Positions 12,871 through 27,151 of a stretch of DNA of 64,000 nucleotides are shown here, in pieces. Origin of the DNA: Eledone cirrhosa (taxonomy: Eukaryota). Under the pieces are notes generated by a model. It made no database searches. It was not told the DNA's origin and saw nothing but the letters and a program-made list of their open reading frames with translations. How positions within the stretch are numbered: position 1 is the stretch's first letter; each line of letters starts with the position of its first letter. The DNA lies in contig OZ024745.1 of NCBI GenBank assembly GCA_964016885.1, forward strand, positions 69,254,001-69,318,000, read 5' to 3'. The position numbers and the translations under genes were made by a program.

Positions 12871-15800
12871 ACCCTGAGTCTATATGTGTAAATAGAAATC
12901 AGAGAACGTACGTTATATTCAATTGGCTGTAGTTATTAGGTTGGTAAAACTGTGGGTGTGGCTAAATTAATTTAATCTATATTAAATATGTGAGACGAAT
13001 GCGTAAGTGATAGCAGTGAAAATCATATAACTACTAACACTCACCAAGCCTTTTGGTCTCAGTTAACGGATACCAGTCTGTTACAATTCTTCGGGCCAGG
13101 TTAACGTTTTGAGGATAATTTCGTCCCAGATATCTCAAGGATCACGGAAGGGGTTAAAAGTTCTACTCCTCTCCCACCTGCTGTATTAAAATCCAAATAT
13201 AATGACCGATGTATTATCTGCCGATTCATCTGATGTGTTACACTAGAGTTATATATTCGCAGTGAGGCTATCTGTGATTATCAGCACTGAAATGAACTAA
13301 ACATATTTGGATACCCTATTTCAATGATTTATACAAAAAACATTAAATGTGCAGGAATTGGAACTAATGGTTGAAAGGAAGACAGTGGAATTTATCAGTG
13401 ACGTAGTAGTGTGATTTATCAGCGGTTATTAGAATAGTGGAATTTAGTAATAAAGAAGGAGGTACAGTAGCTTGGCAGCATGACTATGTCTCAGCCTGGA
13501 TGTTATTCAGGATAAAACAGTTTCTATTGTATGAGCTCCCGAGGAAGAAGTGGAAGGAGAGGAAAAAGAAGGACAGCATTTACTATAACAAAACAACAAT
13601 TAAAACAAGAACCGAGAATACTTAGAGAATACAGATAATCTTTATGAGTTAGAGTGTAGAAAAATAAAATTACTGGAATTAATATGTTGCAAATACAAGC
13701 GGAAGGGTGAAAAGTCGCAGAAAAGAGAATTCTTTAATCGGATTTAATTTAGATTACTGTTGATCTTTCTGAGAGCTCCGGCTTAGTTGAAAACATCGGC
13801 AACAATTATTTCACTACGTTTATTTACAAGAAACCTACTGCGTTAAAATCACGTACAGAGCAGTTTTTTCTTCTTACGTTATATACATATAATGCTCGAC
13901 TCCTTTCTCTTCCGTTCTCAGAAACGTTTTGTCGGGTTTCAATCACTGATGTTCAAATTTGATAATAGGTGAGAATAACTAATAGACGTTGGCTACACAA
14001 ATAAAGTGACAAAGAAAATATTCGTGCTTTGTAAAAAGCCATTGATTGTATCGATGGTAATCATTCACATATATTTCTATTCACAGTGATCTTGTAGCTA
14101 ATCCAGAAACAGTTAACCTCTAAATAATGTTTACGTACACGTTTACCAATCTTAATATAAACCACCACTGGTTCTGAGAGATTAAACCGTTTATTTTAAA
14201 GTTTAAATGTTTATCTACTAGCTTTCCATCATAATTCTATGTAAACATATGTATTAAGTTGAAAACAGCAGCTGAATAATCAGAACGTTAATTATATTCC
14301 TAAATGCCTTCGAATTCTTGATCATTTACAAAATTATTTGAAAATCATACCCAGTGTTTTATCATCAATGATGTATTTTGTACTTCTAATGTTCATGATA
14401 TCCCTTGATCTAGACATGGTTTAATATGTTGAATATCACACTGAATGATATTCCAGTGCACTTTATATTCAACACTATTTATAGTCGAAAATATCTTAGT
14501 TATGTATGTTATATGTGAAACCAGTTTTATTGATTGCGATGTGTTGAATGGAATTTGCTTTGCTAATGATAACGAAATGTATAAAAATAAAGTGGCATCT
14601 CATTTTCAAAAAGAAATATATAAAATAATTTATCTTTGCTTTATGACAATTATACTTCTGAGTTTGTCTGGAACGCATTTTCATATAAATAAGATATTTC
14701 CGGTTTAAAAAACTGAAGCTAGAAACAGCCATAAAGTAATATAACTTCAGAATGGCGATCTCATATCAGGTTAAACGAGCATATAAAGATAAAGTTAACA
14801 ATGAGGTTAAACAAAATGTGTACAGAACAAGTGTTGGCACTTTATACATAATTTCATTCAGAGTTTGGCATTTTTTCCATTCATTGATTTCATCTCGTAT
14901 ATGTATTTGTCGAATTTCCTGGGAAAAATCCAAGTAAATTTGCTGAAATTTGTTCATTTCTATATTTGTTACATTCGCAATTGTTACTATAACTTTAACT
15001 CTTTCTGCAATAAAGCGTACGGTCAATAATTAGAATTAGAGGGGGATTTCTATCCTGTAGAGTATAGTTGTGCCTACTCAAAATGATGAGTTAATGATAC
15101 ACAAAAGGCTGGGATATTCTTTCGGATAGCAGTATAGAATAAAAAAAGGTTTCTGGGAGCCGGAATCGGCGAGATGCCTTTACTCTTGCTGAAACAAATT
15201 CAACCTACATGTATCTATATCAATTGTTGAAATCATAAATCACCCCCAACTTCATAAAACAATTCCCAAGAAACAAAATTTGTAACTGAGTAATAGCAAG
15301 CTCCTGAAAATATATTTCTCCTACACAACATGCTAGCTTTCTCTTCCGGTCGTGATCTAAGAACAGAATTATATTTCTATGGATTACTTAGGGCGAATTT
15401 ACCATGAATTGTATTAAACTTACAGACAATTAAATGTGTACCCTTACGTCCATCTTTAACGTTTTCCTTCTCATGTTGGCTGTATTTACGAACAAATTAA
15501 AAGTTAGGAGCAGATTACTGGTGTTGTAAAACGTGGCTGACAAAGCAAGCGTATCTAGAATAGAGTCTATAAATTCAAATAAATATCTATCAAACAGTAG
15601 TTCAATCGCATTCTATATCGTATTTTTATGCTAACTTCATGCACAAACTTTTAACTGACTGACGAAATGAAACAAAAAAGAACCTTCTATGATATAAGGC
15701 AATCATAATGAATATGTTGTGAAAGGGAACTGCGATAAAATTACATGAAGCTGGACAGTATATCTCACAATTGTAAGAATTATCAGAAGTCTTTGAAGAA

Positions 15801-16109
15801 ATAACGTTTGACAGAATTCTTCATGAAACGAAGAAATAAATTTAAGAGAACAGAGATAAATAAAGATATTTTAATTAGTGACAATGGAAGATTAGATCTG
15901 AAACAGAAATGATATGTAAATGAAACAACAGAAAGGGAAAATAGATTAGACAATAGGAGAAGAAGAAGGGAAAATGAAGGAAGCCATAGATACATGGGTG
16001 AAATAGAGAGCGAAAAGAGTTGGAGAGGAAATATCCAATATACATACATACATACACTTGCATACATACATAAACATATATACATATATATATATATACA
16101 TACATAAAC

Positions 16110-16195
<86 letters not shown>

Positions 16196-16524
16196 GTATG
16201 TTTGGATGTATGTATGTTTGTATGTATGTATGTTTGTATGTATGTATTTATGTTCTTCTGGTTTTATAATTATATACATTTTTACCAATACAGCGAGTTG
16301 GTTTCTAACATAGACACAAGACTCTCATTGGAAGTTAAACATCAACTAGGTAGATATGTATACATGATTGCATACATGCGTGTGTGTGTGTGTGTGTGTG
16401 TGTGCAAGTATAGATGTTACTGCATGTTCCGATGTGGATGTTTTGTGTTGTATGTGTGCATGTTCATATGCATTGTATCTGTATATATGTAGATGCAGTT
16501 ATTACAAACACCATTTTTTATGAA

Positions 16525-16572
<48 letters not shown>

Positions 16573-16576
<4 letters not shown>

Positions 16577-17184
16577 AGAATGAAACGAAATTTCATATCT
16601 CACTCTTAGTACGGCACTTACTTACAAACGAACAAACCGAGCATTATAATAAATATTCGGTAAACTGATACGTGCATATATATATGTGTGCCTGTATGTA
16701 TATATATACATGCTACTGTACGTCTGTATACATACATACTTGCATTTAAGTAAGTGCCGTACTAATAGTGAGAAATGAAATTTCGTTTCATTCTATTCCA
16801 TTTATCGTTTTCGGTGCGCCTGGCCGACTGAACTCACTCGATATGCAAATTAGGCTGCTCAGCCGTTAATTTTCATAAGAAAAGTAAATACTTTCGGACG
16901 TTCAACCATCTGGCAGAAAGGTATACGGCGCTGACGATAGCTAATAAGCTTGAAACTAGTACATCGTTCCTGTGTCAGTGTTGAACAAAAAGGTGACGTG
17001 GTTGCCTAAACACTGTACGGCGTAATTCAGGCTGTTTGTTTGTTTACAAACGAACAAACCGAGCATTATATTAAATGTTCGGTAAACTGATACGTGCATA
17101 TATATATGTGTGCCTGTATGTATATATAAATACATCCTACTGTACGTCTGCATACATATATGTATGTACGTATACATACATACT

Positions 17185-17189
<5 letters not shown>
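16573..17189 (+). mobile_element. Non-coding HHR-bearing repeat (retrozyme-like): 422-nt monomer plus partial second unit, with an inverted 5' segment
   Basis: Direct repeat 16622-16745 ~ 17044-17189; inverted repeat 16573-16624 vs 16747-16798; HHR inside; flanked by (TA)n; second copy at 41625-42253. Confidence 0.8.
16926..16966 (+). ncRNA. Minimal type I hammerhead ribozyme
   Basis: cggcg-CUGACGA-t agct aata agct t-GAAA-ctag-UA-catcg. One mismatch in stem I, which is paired in the 41829 copy. Confidence 0.85.
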
Positions 17190-17253
<64 letters not shown>

Positions 17254-17256
<3 letters not shown>

Positions 17257-18871
17257 GATGACATTAATATTATTACACATGCTAGACTAACACTATTGGA
17301 ATTTCAGAATGAATACTGGACCAGAAACACATATAGTAATCTATTCGATATTACTATGGGCTCAAGCGATTCTGCCCAAATTACTGATCTTGTGGGCCTC
17401 TTTCTTCTTTTTAACATAAATGCTTCCTTTCCCCACCTTAAAGGTGGTTTATATCGTGATGACTGTCTTCTTCTTTCCAATAAACTTAGCCTCTCAGAGA
17501 TAGAAAAAAATAAAAAGCTTATTAGAACTTTCCTTAAAGACTATTATAGTCTAGATATTACATTTGAAAACACAAGTAAAGTAGTTAATTTCCTAGATAT
17601 AACATTAGACTTATCTACGGGTATCTACCAACCTTACCATAAACCCAACCAAAATTTACACTACATACACTCACAATCTAATCACCCTAAATCTATCCTT
17701 AAAAACCTTGCATATAATATATCACTTAGAATTTCTAACCTTTCGTCTAACCAAGGTGTATTTGATAAAAATGCGACCTTTTATAACGAAGCTCTAGCTA
17801 GAAGTGGCCACAAAAATAAATTAGTATATATACCTTCTACCAATAACACTACAAAAATACAACCTAATATTACCAACAAACACCAAATGAAACATACACA
17901 CCTAAATGCCACTCACACCATACCCCAAAACACCAACATAAAACCAAATTTCTCTAACTCTTCTAATATACAGTATAGTAACTCCCCAAAAACTACTCAT
18001 CCTACAACTCTAATAAATGTTAACAATAACACTCCTAATAAACAAGCTAAAACACCTAAATCGATAAATCTAACTAAAAATGTGTGTGGTGAGGTCATTA
18101 ACAATAATTCTCTTAATAAACATCAGGATGCATCCTATAAAAACAATAAACAACATCGAAACCGGAATAGACGAGTTATTTGGTATAATGCTCCATTTAA
18201 TTTACAAATTAAGGATAATATACCTAAAAAATTCTTTAATATCCTAGAGAAAAACTTCCCGCCAAACCACAAATACCATCAAATTTTAAATAGATCAACG
18301 GTTAAATTCTCCTACTCAACAACCAAAAACATAAAACAAAATATAAGTGCCTATAATGCATATAAATGTAAAAAAAACCATGAGTATACCACCAGTACAT
18401 CAAACTAACCATAATATCTCCTCAGATACAGGATTCACGAAAAGTTGTAACTGTAGAAACAAGGAAAACTGTCCATTAAAAGGAAATTGCCTTGTTAATA
18501 ACATAGTATATACATGTAAAGTTAACACTAAGGACTCAATTTATTCATATATAGGAGCTACCTCTAATAAATTTAAGGTAAGATTTAATACCCACAAACA
18601 TAGTTTTAAAAATGCCGCACTAGCTAATACAACATCTCTAGCTGAAATAATTAATAGTTATAGAAGGAGGAATATAGATTATGACCTGACCTGGAGTGTG
18701 CTCAAAAGGGCCACCCCTTATCAAAATAGTAGATATGAATGTAGATTATCTTCCCAAGAACTTTTTGAAATAATGAAATCTAAGGATATCCTATTAAATA
18801 AGCGACAGGAATTAATTCTATCGTGTAATCATAAACTGAGAAAAAACTTTAAATATTATAAACCTAATTAA
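17254..18871 (+). mobile_element. Penelope-like retroelement, 5'-truncated RT plus GIY-YIG, frameshift near the A-run at about 18370
   Basis: FDITMGSSDSA, GLYRDD, VNFLDITLDL, SNHP, VIWYNAPFN; second frame CNCR..CPLKGNCL..IVYTCKV..YIGAT..RFNTH. The ORF start at 17110 is a microsatellite artefact. Confidence 0.93.
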
Positions 18872-19015
18872 TATACACTTTAGAAATTAATATATAAACT
18901 GTTTTTAATTAAGTTAACCTATAATTAATATTGTACTACTGATGAACTGCATAATTTTACTTTCCTTCTTACAACTATCATTTCCTAAAACTGATACCAT
19001 TAAGTAAACCTATAT

Positions 19016-19150
19016 AATTGTTTCTACTTTAGGCACAAGGCCAGCAATTACCCAGTGCATTACTGGTACTTTATTTTATCGACCCCGTAAAGATGAAAGG
19101 CAAAGTCAACCTCGGCGGGATTTGAACTCAGATCGTAAAGGGACGTAACT
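19016..19150 (-). mobile_element. tRNA-derived SINE (Meta-domain-like), partial
   Basis: Reverse complement of gagttcaaatcccgccgagg..gcctttcatc..ggggtcgataaaataaagtaccag..ggccttgtgcc..agaaacaat. Confidence 0.85.
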
Positions 19151-19358
19151 ATGCTGGAAAGCATAACTTCAGGTTATGACTCTATGTTCCTTGAAATCTA
19201 TATATATTTATTATTTCTCACTAATAAATTTAATCCCCCCCCCCAATAATTATATGTATATGTAAGTGTGTATGTATATATGTAGGTATGTATATATGCG
19301 TGTATATATATATATGTGTGTGTATGTATGTGTATATATGTGTGTATATGTGTGTCTG

Positions 19359-19416
<58 letters not shown>

Positions 19417-20269
19417 ATATTCTTTTAATTTCCCCTCATCTTTAACACCACTTTTCAACTGCATCTAACTCTTATTTATCATATCTATATGTATAATTTT
19501 ATCAATATAAATATATCCATCAATTAAATTAATTTATATTCTTTTCATAGATGTATTTTTTTCACTAACACTCTTATCGTAAAACTTTAGTCTCCTTAGA
19601 TATTTGCATTGGCATTACTATTTTATAACAGCAACTGCTTGTATACCTTTTACTGACCTGACCTATTTTCACCCCTAAAATAAGCTTCACTTACTACTAT
19701 TTTACCATTTGGCCAATTATTAACTTTCTATTGGTTAATTCTAAACCTCTTACCAAACAAACAGAATATATTAGATCTTTGTTGGTTTTATTCAATGAAC
19801 AAATAAAATTATTTCTGAGGTCAGCATACGACCTATTTTCTTCCCTAAAATAATCCTTCATTCATAATATTCTTTTCAATCTAAAACTGAAATCTACCTT
19901 CCTCTACCCATAATTTAAGGTTCTTCTACTACTATATTACTATCTTGACCCTCATTATCTCTCTATTGGTCAATTCAAAACCTGTTCCCAAACAGACCTA
20001 TTGTATTGAATCTTTGTTTTTTTTCAATAAACAAATATCATTATTTCTGAAGACAGCATATATATGTGTAGGTATGTATATTCCCTCTGATAGTTTGTAT
20101 AAATATTGTACATAGATCTATAGAATATGCATACCAACTCTAACACATATATATCCTAGAAACGATCGTAAAATGATGAATTTTTTTAATATAAGGAACT
20201 GTTTCTTTGTTTATTCATTATTTTATTAATTTATATATATATATATTTATCTTTCATTATTGTTTGGAT

Positions 20270-20460
20270 TGGCGGCGGATTGGCAGTATTGGTAGAGGGT
20301 CGAACGCTATGCTTTGACGCATAGAGTTACGGCCCTTGCCATTCTGAGTTCAAATCCCGCCGAGGTTAACTTTGCTTTTCATCCCTACGGGGTCGATAAA
20401 ATAAAGTACCAGTAATACACTGAGATAATTGCTGGCCTTGTGCCAAAATAAGAAACAATT
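20270..20460 (+). mobile_element. tRNA-derived SINE (Meta-domain-like), full length
   Basis: A-box-like tggcagtattgg, B-box gagttcaaatccc, and the central domain and tail shared with about 10 other copies in the window. Confidence 0.88.
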
Positions 20461-20681
20461 ATTGTTTCTGAGATATAGGCAAATAAATTCACAGTGTGTA
20501 TTGGTAAGCCAGTTAATACAGCACATTGATTATAATTGAGAAAAAAAAAATTATTATTATTATTACTATTATCATCATTATCATTATTAAACTCTGCTTA
20601 CTACTACACCTCTATACTTACTGGAAACTACGCATGGAGTGCTCACTCTGGTGAAGCTACATTAACTGGACACTACAATCC

Positions 20682-20717
<36 letters not shown>

Positions 20718-21640
20718 TTGTGTGTTTATATCCCGTAATATAGAGGTTTGCCGCGTTCGATAAAATGAATGTTGGTGGTGATATGATCTACTAAATTAAG
20801 AGAGTGCCTCCACATGACTGAAGTCTAAGGTGGAAAACCAGGAAAAGAATACAGAAATCTACTCCATAGGGCTCAACTCGAATAGACACCTAAATATTAG
20901 GCCGTTGAGAGTAAATTAAATATGGCAACTTATTATCCAAAGCAAATGAATTTTAAAATGAAGAACATACTCTGGGGAACGTTTTAGTCACAAATCATAT
21001 GTAGATATTACTATTGAGAACTAACTAAACTAATTACGGAAGGACATTCGCTTTAATGTACAGAAAGAGCCAGCAGATATTTCAGTAGCAAAAAAAAGTA
21101 TTAGTAACTGTTTGGAAGTTGTCCCGTAAGGACAAATGACTGATATAACGTGTATTACTGGCTGGTCTCTACGGTAATGGTTTCACTACCTTGTCTTTTG
21201 GTGCAGTAAATAGTGTACTGTTTGGCCTCTTCATATTTCTCACCATTACTTTATTTATTTATTCCAGCTCATAAAATTTAATGTGAAATTCCGAATCAAT
21301 AGTTACTCTACTGGAAAGTACAGTACACTGTTGTTGTTTTTAATTGTGAGCCAGTTTTTACGAGTGATCCAGTTTTTGAAACATCGGAATAGCTTGCTCG
21401 TGAAATTGACGTGCAAGTGGCTAAGCTTTCGACTGACAGGTGTACACTTAACGAAGTTCCAAGTGAGATTTAGCACGACACATTTGAATGAGAATCCTGA
21501 CCCATTGAATTATTCATGAAACTCATTAAGATAGTGAACCCAAAACACTAAACACTAAGTTGAAATGAAACAATCCTTCGAATAAAACAGTTCTAGTTCT
21601 GTAAAAGTCATTTTTATATTAAATATATATATATATATAT

Positions 21641-21996
21641 AACATAAAGATGAGGGCGGCTGACCGGGCTAGAAGCTGCTAAATTTTCGGCCGCCCTCAT
21701 GTCTCTGCTTTTCAGACCCATGGATTTTGTCTATTATATTCCTTTGTTATATTTCGAATACCTGATGATGTCACCGGATTCATACTGAACCCGGTCACTG
21801 AAATGATCATAGTATAATAAACCTTTTAAGGAATTACACCAGTGCAGCCTGGTGTTATTTTATAATAATTAACTCCGTACTCGCACCACCAACAACACAA
21901 ACGAAGACGGGTGAGTTGCATTACGTCGAGTGCTCTCCATAATATTACATCGAGATTGACCATACGGAATGACCAGTTCTATCCAGTGGTGAACCA
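21641..21996 (+). mobile_element. Solo pLTR/retrozyme-like non-coding unit between TA repeats
   Basis: About 355 nt; 5' GC hairpin atgagggcggctga/tcggccgccctcat; intact HHR followed by AATAAA. Confidence 0.6.
21758..21815 (+). ncRNA. Type I hammerhead ribozyme
   Basis: atac-CUGAUGA(21762-21768)-stem II containing accgg/ccggt and ttca/tgaa-GAAA(21800-21803)-palindrome tgatca-UA-gtat. Confidence 0.85.
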
Positions 21997-22800
21997 ATAT
22001 ATATATATATATATATATGTATGTGCGCGTGTGTGTGTTTGTGTGTTTGTGTGCATGTGTATGTGTGTGTGTGTTTGTGTTTGTGTGTGTGTGTGTTTGT
22101 ATGTTTCTGTGTATGTGTTTGTGTTTGTATGTGTGTGTAGTATATCTAACGTACGAAGCAGTTTCTAGTTATTTACAAATGAGTAGCATTTTAGAAAAAT
22201 GGAAAGTAGAATTTCTAAAGATATATCAGTTGTTAAACTTGAGTCACAATTTCAGCTCACCGGGTGTTTGTCGTCATAACTATGACATTTTAACATAAAG
22301 AATTATATAATCAACAAAACTTATCTCGGCAAACTTTATTCTTTTGCAGTTGGACAGTTCCGTTTCAATAAAGTGTGATATGTCGCATGATTTCTATTTG
22401 ACTGTTGGACAGTAGATTGGACATTGCACGATTTATCTGGAGTCATTTCAACAATCGTTGTGACAGTGATGGGCAGGTTATCGTTTTATTGAGTTGATCG
22501 CTATGACGTAAGTAAAGAAATTAACCACGAATTTCGCCTCAAGACAAGTCGGGCATTCTACCTACTTTTCGAAAGTATTTTGAAACTACAATAAAAATGA
22601 CTGCTTTAAAACTCAATGGGATTTATATGGTAGGTTAATATGTAATGTAAATATTTAATAATCATTATGTTGTAGGGTATTAATACCTTGTTAAATGAAG
22701 GTATCAATAAATGTTCATATAAACAATTAATCATATAAATATATATAGTTACACACACAGACACACACACACAGAGAAACACACACACATACACATGTAA

Positions 22801-22918
<118 letters not shown>

Positions 22919-23107
22919 ATATATAGCCCCCCCCCCCATATATATATATATATATATTAATTGTTTCTACTTTAGGCACAAGGCCAGCAAATACCCAGTT
23001 CATTACTGGTACTTTATATATATATTAATATTCATCGTTGCGTTTCGTTGATTTGAAATTTGAGAATGCTGATATCCACATTGAAAGTCTCACAATGATA
23101 ATGATAA

Positions 23108-23205
23108 TAATTGTTTCTACTTTTGGCACAAGGCCAGCAATTACCCAGTACATTACTGGTACTTTATTTTATCGACCCCGTAAGGATGAAAGGCAAAGTT
23201 AACCT
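23108..23205 (-). mobile_element. SINE 3' fragment (a further fragment lies at about 22959-23016)
   Basis: Matches the SINE tail and central domain. Confidence 0.8.
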
Positions 23206-23362
23206 TATGATAACGATAATGATAATAACGTTAGAAAATTAAAGGAGGGACTGAAAATAAATGTATTTTATCAGATTTCCCAATGATTGTACTATTACCA
23301 TTGGAGCAAACATGCTCTCTGCTATCAGAATCTACATACATCTCTCTCTCTCTTTCTCTCTT

Positions 23363-23453
<91 letters not shown>

Positions 23454-23526
23454 AATAAATATATATGTAATAATAAAGTGCACGTCACCAAGGTAGAATT
23501 TAATTAATTTATTTATTATATAATCG

Positions 23527-23585
23527 ATGTTATATATATTTCAAACGTAACTGCTATGCAACAGTTTTGACCTCCTCAGATAGCT
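23527..23585 (-). ncRNA. Degenerate hammerhead ribozyme
   Basis: Minus strand gctat-CUGAGGA-stem II (aactgtt/agcagtt)-GAAA-tatatataac. The stem I/III register is imperfect. Confidence 0.4.
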
Positions 23586-24010
23586 GAAAGCACCGGTGAC
23601 ACATGATACATTCTAGGTACTAGAGCCGGAACTGAATGTTGGTAACGAAATGGTCATTCTCTGTACATAGACTGTGTAATAACTGACCGTTTACATTTTG
23701 GATCCGCCGAAATCTGGGGAAACAGGGTCCTCTGTCGAAGGTTTTAGCTGGATAGATCTTGCTACTAAAACAAGGCCTCATTTCCTTTCCCAAAACATTA
23801 TTGTTTCCCTAGGATTGGGAAGACCTGTGTCTAAGGAGATATAATATATTGATCATCAATCAGTGAAATACACTATTTTTACATTTTGCACAGCCTTTCA
23901 GACCACATATATACGAATACAGTTATATACACATACACACACACAAACACACACACACATACATACGCACACACATACAGACACAGACACACACACACAC
24001 GCACACACAC

Positions 24011-24067
<57 letters not shown>

Positions 24068-24068
24068 G

Positions 24069-24126
<58 letters not shown>

Positions 24127-24330
24127 GAGGTTATATTTAAGCTCCAACCGTTAAGGTTGCTTTTTTCAGGGTATGTCAATATTTATTTATAAAACTAATC
24201 TGTATTGTATTTTATCTAATGAAAGCGCACCATAATTTGGCTTGGTGGCCCTTGACATATGTATAATAAAATAAATATGGTTTTATAAATATACTTTCCA
24301 TTTGTTAATATATTGTATATATATATATAT

Positions 24331-24739
24331 ATAATATAAAACGAAAAATCAGTGATGTATCTAAGATGCTTCCATAGGCGGTATGCCGGTTGAGCACTCT
24401 ATGTTTTTACAGAGCAGAGTGTGATATAATATAAAACGTAAAATCAGTGATGCATCTGAACTCAATTTATTGTGTTACAATTGTTTCGCCGGCAGACCAA
24501 CATTTCAGTGAGAAATTTTGGTCCGGAATCATTGCCAATGTGCGACGAACCTGCGCTTTCTAGAATCAGAGAGTTCCACACAATGATCGTGTCTCGAGCT
24601 GTCTGCCGGCGAAACAATTGTAACACACAATAAATTGAGTCCAGATGCACCACTGATATTTCGTTTTATGTTATATCACACTCTGCTCTGTAAGAACATA
24701 GAGTCCTCAACCGGCATACCACCTATGGAAGCATCTTAG
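24331..24739 (+). mobile_element. HHR-bearing non-coding unit with about 137-bp inverted arms (24361-24497 / 24601-24739)
   Basis: The arms are clear reverse complements. The right arm begins in loop II of a degenerate HHR. Short direct repeat 24331-24362 ~ 24426-24457. Confidence 0.8.
24589..24626 (+). ncRNA. Hammerhead ribozyme with a 2-nt core deletion (probably inactive)
   Basis: gtgt-CU(GA)CGA-gctg tctgc cggc-GAAA-caattg-UA-acac. Confidence 0.65.
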
Positions 24740-24764
24740 CTACCATCAAACACACACACACACT

Positions 24765-25121
<357 letters not shown>

Positions 25122-25402
25122 GAGAGATGTGCGCGAAACGCTCTTTAGCTTTATACCGATGTCCTTATCTACTAGCTCATATTTTAAACAACAGTCGCTA
25201 TCAGAATATTTTGGCGGGTTTCAATGGCCACCAAACAAGAGGAAACATCCAAAGTTATCTTTTCAAAACAACAAGAAAACTACTGGAAGGCATTCCAAAT
25301 ATTATCTCTTCGCTCTACAATGAAATTAGATTATCACAACTAAAACTCCATATGTTCTTTTAGAAAAATATAATGAAAACAAGTTTCCTCTCCCTCTTTC
25401 TG

Positions 25403-25525
<123 letters not shown>

Positions 25526-25642
25526 CACACATATATTTATATATACATATATATATAGGTAGATAGATCTGTATCAGCAAACCTCTCTCTATCTCTCGAT
25601 ACATATGTATTTATAAACTTATCTTCATCTCCCCCTCTCTCT

Positions 25643-25710
<68 letters not shown>

Positions 25711-26724
25711 CCCTTCCTTAGCTAGATTATAAATGGAAATAATCTGAGATTGTATTTTACAGATCCTCAGATTATGTGCAGTGGCTTACTGGTTAACCGG
25801 GGCTAAGATTTACAAAGATTTTGTTTTAAAAAAATGAAAATATTATTTGGTATAAATTTATTATAAGTACTAATGATCACAAATTTGCTTCTACATAAAA
25901 CAGTTTATTGAGCTTCTCTCATTCTTCAGATAATATATACATGCCAATATAAATAACACATCTATCCCCCTATAATGCTTTTCGGAAAGTAACATACAAT
26001 GATAAAGGCGTACATAGAAACATATACGATATTTACAATAAACTGTGAATATCCGTGTAGTAGCGCTGTATATATTTGTTTAATACATATTTCAATCTAA
26101 CATCATTGACGTATATCATTTTTGCAAATAACTAATAGCGCATCTCCCTCACCATCACCGGCGAAACGCCTTCTCTATTATGTCCCCCGTGGCCGCGGGG
26201 TGGGCAGCACATAGGCCCCCATTTGCTTATAATTGTGAGAGATGGGGAGTGCGGGAGAGATGGTGTGATAGTGTGAATTTGGTTCCATTGTGTTCGGATC
26301 TGGTGTATTTGTATATGTTTAGTTGAAGATCGTTGCCCAAATCTTCGTGAGCATTTACTATGGCAGCAACTTTGGCTTCAGGTATTGCTGAAAAGTACAG
26401 TAACTCCTACAATTATCTGGTGAAAAAGCAATCGAGCTATAGATTTTCAGGGATTGATTTTTCTTATTTTTTTAACTTCAGATTGCGGAGCTTTATTTAT
26501 CAACTAATTGTTAGTAATATCTCATTGACATATACTGCATGCTTCTCGGGCTAATTTAATCAAAAGTAGTCGCGGCACATTCAATTTCAGAATATATCGA
26601 AACATATATTTTCGCTGCATGTACTCTACCCCTATTCATCATCATCATCATCATCATTCGAATGAAGAAGCAGACGGCCACAATCTAAACGTCTTTCTAT
26701 TCACCACAAATTGCTGGCATTGTG

Positions 26725-26903
26725 CGCAGTATCAGTAGAGAGTCGGACACCATGCTTTGCAGCATAAAGTTGCGTCCCTTTACGGATTGAGTTCAAATTC
26801 CGCCGAGGTTAACTTTGCCTTTCATCCTTACGGGGTCGATAAAATAAAGTACCAGTAATGTACTGGGTAATTGTTGGTCATGTGCCAAAAGTAGAAACAA
26901 TTA
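26725..26903 (+). mobile_element. tRNA-derived SINE (Meta-domain-like)
   Basis: Same consensus as the 20270 copy. Confidence 0.87.
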
Positions 26904-27151
26904 TTAATGATGTAATATAAAAATGCATGCTCCCGTTCGTAAGTCCGATTACCGGCGGTTAGTTGTATTCATCGACAAGGCAATTCATTTCATATTGCCC
27001 CCAATCTATTCAGCTGCAAAATACAAGTTATATCTGTAATTCAAAGGGCCACCCTTGTCATATTAAGTGTCACGGTGAAACTTAAAGAACTATGTTAAAG
27101 GATCACACGGTGTGGAATACTCAGCTGCATGCGCATTAATTATATGAGTGA

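Noticed and set aside
12105-15026. Short non-repetitive ORFs (12105-12374, 14766-15026) as possible host exons
   Set aside because: No recognisable domain, splice-consistent structure or homology visible.
18939-18960. CUGAUGA just downstream of the second PLE ORF
   Set aside because: No stem II-GAAA-stem III follows; at most a truncated HHR remnant.
20270-20460. tRNA gene calls from A/B boxes
   Set aside because: No cloverleaf; these are SINE heads repeated with a common body.
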